A DNA stretch of 64,000 nt from NCBI GenBank assembly GCA_001800245.1, contig MGVA01000043.1:93098-157097 (forward strand), in the 5' to 3' direction. Of the stretch, positions 61,836 through 64,000 are shown in pieces. This stretch comes from Elusimicrobia bacterium RIFOXYA12_FULL_51_18 (GTDB lineage Bacteria > Elusimicrobiota > Elusimicrobia > Elusimicrobiales > UBA9959). Each line of letters opens with the position of its first letter. The first letter of the stretch is position 1. Both the position numbers and the translations under genes were made by a program. The notes beneath the pieces are model-generated. The model did no database searches and had not been told where the DNA came from. It worked only from the letters and a program-made list of their open reading frames with translations.

Positions 61836-63248
61836 ATGAGTCCCCATCCGAACCAGATAACTTTCGGCACGGACGGGTTTCGCGGCGTTATCGCCAGGGA
61901 CTTTACTTATGAGGCCGTGCGTAAGATAGCCCAGGGCCTGGCCGATTATATCGCGTATAAAAATATGCGCGTCGCGGAGAAGCCCAGCGTGTTCATCGGC
62001 TATGACAGGCGCTTCATGTCGGACCGCTTCGCGGCCGCGGTAGCCGATGTCCTTACGGCCAATGGGGTTGTGTGCGTGGTTTCCGAAGGCCCGTTGCCCA
62101 CGCAGGCCGTGAGTTATCTCACGGTGTCAAAATTCGGGTTGGGCGTCATGATCACCGCGAGCCATAATCCGTATTGCTATAACGGCGTCAAAATAAAGCA
62201 GAACGGCCGCTCCGCCCCGCCTTCGGTCACGGCGGAACTTGAAAATTATATCTCTAAAGCGGTGCCTATGCGCAATGCCGTCGCCCCCGCGCCCAGAAAG
62301 TCTTTCAAGAAGGACTATATTGACTATCTGGGCTCCAAGATCAATATCAGCCAGATCCTTTCCAAACTGCCGGGGCCTGTGGTGGTGGATTTTATGTATG
62401 GCGCCGGAGCAGAGGTCGCCGACGAGGTGTTCGACTCAAAGAATATCATAAAACTCCGCGCGATTCCCGATCCGTTGTTCGGCGGCATCACTCCGGAGCC
62501 GGTGGAGAAAAACCTGGCTGAACTCATAGACACGGTAAAGAAGAAAAAGGCCGTCATGGGGATAGCGCTGGACGGAGACGCTGACCGCTTCGCGCTGGTC
62601 AGCGACAAAGGGGTCTATATGACTCCCTGCCAGATAGCGCCTATGCTGCTGGATTATCTCCTGAAGCGCAACAGCCTCAGAGGAAAGGTGGCCCAGGCTG
62701 TTTCCATGGGCTATCTTACCAAGCGCATAGCCAAAACGGCGGGCCTTCAGTTTGAAGAGACTCCCGTGGGTTTTAAGTACATAGCGGAGAAAATGATCTC
62801 GGAGGATGTTTCCTTCGGCGTGGAAGAATCCGGCGGCTACGCCTGGAAGGGCAATATCCCGGAACGCGACGGCGTGCTTACCGCGCTGATGTTCCTGGAG
62901 ATGGCGGTTAAAACCAAAAAAACCGTTTCCGAAAACTATAAGGACATCGAAACGCGTTACGGCAGGTCCGTATTGATCCGCCGGGATGTGAAGCTTGAAA
63001 AAACGATCCCCAATAAACACTCTTTCGCGGTAAAGCTCAAAAAGAAGCTGCCCAAGACGATCCTTGGCAGGAAGGTGCTGGATACGAATACCATAGACGG
63101 CCTCAAGATAATTCTTGAGGATGACTGCTGGCTGCTTATACGTCCTTCCGGCACCGAACCTTTATTGAGGACTTACGCCGAAACCGAATCCCAGGAAAAC
63201 ACAAAGAAGTTCCTTGAATTCGCGGCCAGGATTATGGAGCAGAAGTAG
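61836..63248 (+). CDS. phosphoglucomutase/phosphomannomutase-family phosphohexomutase
   Basis: 'FGTDGFRG', phosphoserine loop '[13 protein letters not shown]', Mg loop 'DGDADR', 'EESGG'. Confidence 0.85.
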   Translation: MSPHPNQITFGTDGFRGVIARDFTYEAVRKIAQGLADYIAYKNMRVAEKPSVFIGYDRRFMSDRFAAAVADVLTANGVVCVVSEGPLPTQAVSYLTVSKFGLGVMITASHNPYCYNGVKIKQNGRSAPPSVTAELENYISKAVPMRNAVAPAPRKSFKKDYIDYLGSKINISQILSKLPGPVVVDFMYGAGAEVADEVFDSKNIIKLRAIPDPLFGGITPEPVEKNLAELIDTVKKKKAVMGIALDGDADRFALVSDKGVYMTPCQIAPMLLDYLLKRNSLRGKVAQAVSMGYLTKRIAKTAGLQFEETPVGFKYIAEKMISEDVSFGVEESGGYAWKGNIPERDGVLTALMFLEMAVKTKKTVSENYKDIETRYGRSVLIRRDVKLEKTIPNKHSFAVKLKKKLPKTILGRKVLDTNTIDGLKIILEDDCWLLIRPSGTEPLLRTYAETESQENTKKFLEFAARIMEQK

Positions 63249-63327
63249 ACGGGAAACCGGTGTGGGGTATCAACCTGTGGCTAGACCCCCGGCAACGGGC
63301 GTAGCCAAATTAAATGGAGGAAATGTT

Positions 63328-64000
63328 ATGAACTTTACGGGTAAGAGATTCGTATCTTCGGAGTCGGTGACCGAGGGGCACCCCGACAAGGTTTGCGATC
63401 AGATTTCGGACGCGGTGCTTGACGAGATCATGAGAAAAGATCCCACCGGCCGCGTGGCCTGTGAGACTTTCATCACCCGCGGCATGGTGGTCGTGGGCGG
63501 AGAGATCACCACCAAGACCTACGTGGATATCGACACGCTGGCCCGCCAGGTGATAAAGGATATCGGCTACACCCACACCAAATACGGTTTTAACTACGAG
63601 ACTTGCGCGGTCATCAACGTTATAGGCCGCCAGTCCCCCGATATCGCCCAGGGAGTGGATACCGGCGGCGCCGGAGATCAGGGGCTGATGGTCGGATACG
63701 CTTCCGACGAAACCCCGGAGCTTATGCCCCTCCCCCTGATGCTTGCGCAGAAACTGTCCATGCGGCTTGCGGAAGTTCGCAAGAAGAATATTCTCCCCTA
63801 TCTTGGCCCCGACGGCAAATCGCAGGTCACCGTGGAATATCACGACGGCCGGCCCGTGCGCATCGAGACCATAGTTATCTCCTCCCAGCATACCGAGGAG
63901 ATCCTTGATAAAACCGGCCACCAGATCACCGAGAAGTCCAGAAAAGAGATCATAGAGGCGGTCATCATGCCCGTTATAGACAAGAGGATGATAGACAAAA
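63328..64000 (+). CDS. metK: S-adenosylmethionine synthase (3'-truncated by window end)
   Basis: Not in the ORF track because no stop is reached. My translation reads '[22 protein letters not shown]', '[12 protein letters not shown]'; GGAGG RBS at 63317. Confidence 0.95.
   Translation, partial: MNFTGKRFVSSESVTEGHPDKVCDQISDAVLDEIMRKDPTGRVACETFITRGMVVVGGEITTKTYVDIDTLARQVIKDIGYTHTKYGFNYETCAVINVIGRQSPDIAQGVDTGGAGDQGLMVGYASDETPELMPLPLMLAQKLSMRLAEVRKKNILPYLGPDGKSQVTVEYHDGRPVRIETIVISSQHTEEILDKTGHQITEKSRKEIIEAVIMPVIDKRMIDK

Overview
This 64-kb window comes from a moderately GC-rich diderm bacterium, judged from the MlaEFD system, beta-barrel outer-membrane proteins and lipoproteins. The lineage cannot be assigned from the sequence alone. 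I support about 60 protein genes. Most are housekeeping: guaB-like/guaA, rpsF-ssb-rpsR-rplI-dnaB, alr, mlaEFD, radA, PIN/TRAM, ispDF, cysS, pyrB-like, metK (3'-truncated by the window), hrpB, udk, amt, glycerate kinase and a phosphohexomutase. There is one tRNA-Gly(GCC). I found no rRNA, CRISPR array, transposase, integrase, reverse transcriptase or recognisable defence system. Accessory-looking coding content includes four items. First, a radical-SAM / B12-radical-SAM / flavoprotein / methyltransferase / polytopic-membrane-protein cluster at 0-6.4 kb. Second, an AmgK-like sugar kinase fused to a RapZ C-terminal domain and translationally coupled to a MurU-like nucleotidyltransferase. Third, a two-component system, amt, a porin-like gene and a Gln/Asn-rich micro-protein ending in Cys-Cys-Cys. 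Fourth, two clan-CD-type peptidase candidates. The most unusual signal is non-coding. The intergenic DNA holds a mosaic family of GC-rich, hairpin-forming repeat modules at about 5.2, 14.0, 19.8, 24.4, 28.7, 30.3, 33.6-33.9, 35.5 and 60.1-60.4 kb. Its longest copy (33600-33930, minus strand) runs into an intrinsic terminator and looks like a structured RNA. One module forms perfect 19-bp inverted repeats that bracket a 1.9-kb AT-richer segment carrying an AraC/GyrI-like regulator. A separate 36-nt twin-hairpin repeat sits at 39.5 and 61.6 kb. Two of the repeat copies supply the C-terminal codons of real genes. All functional readings of these repeats are inference and need transcript and comparative data.
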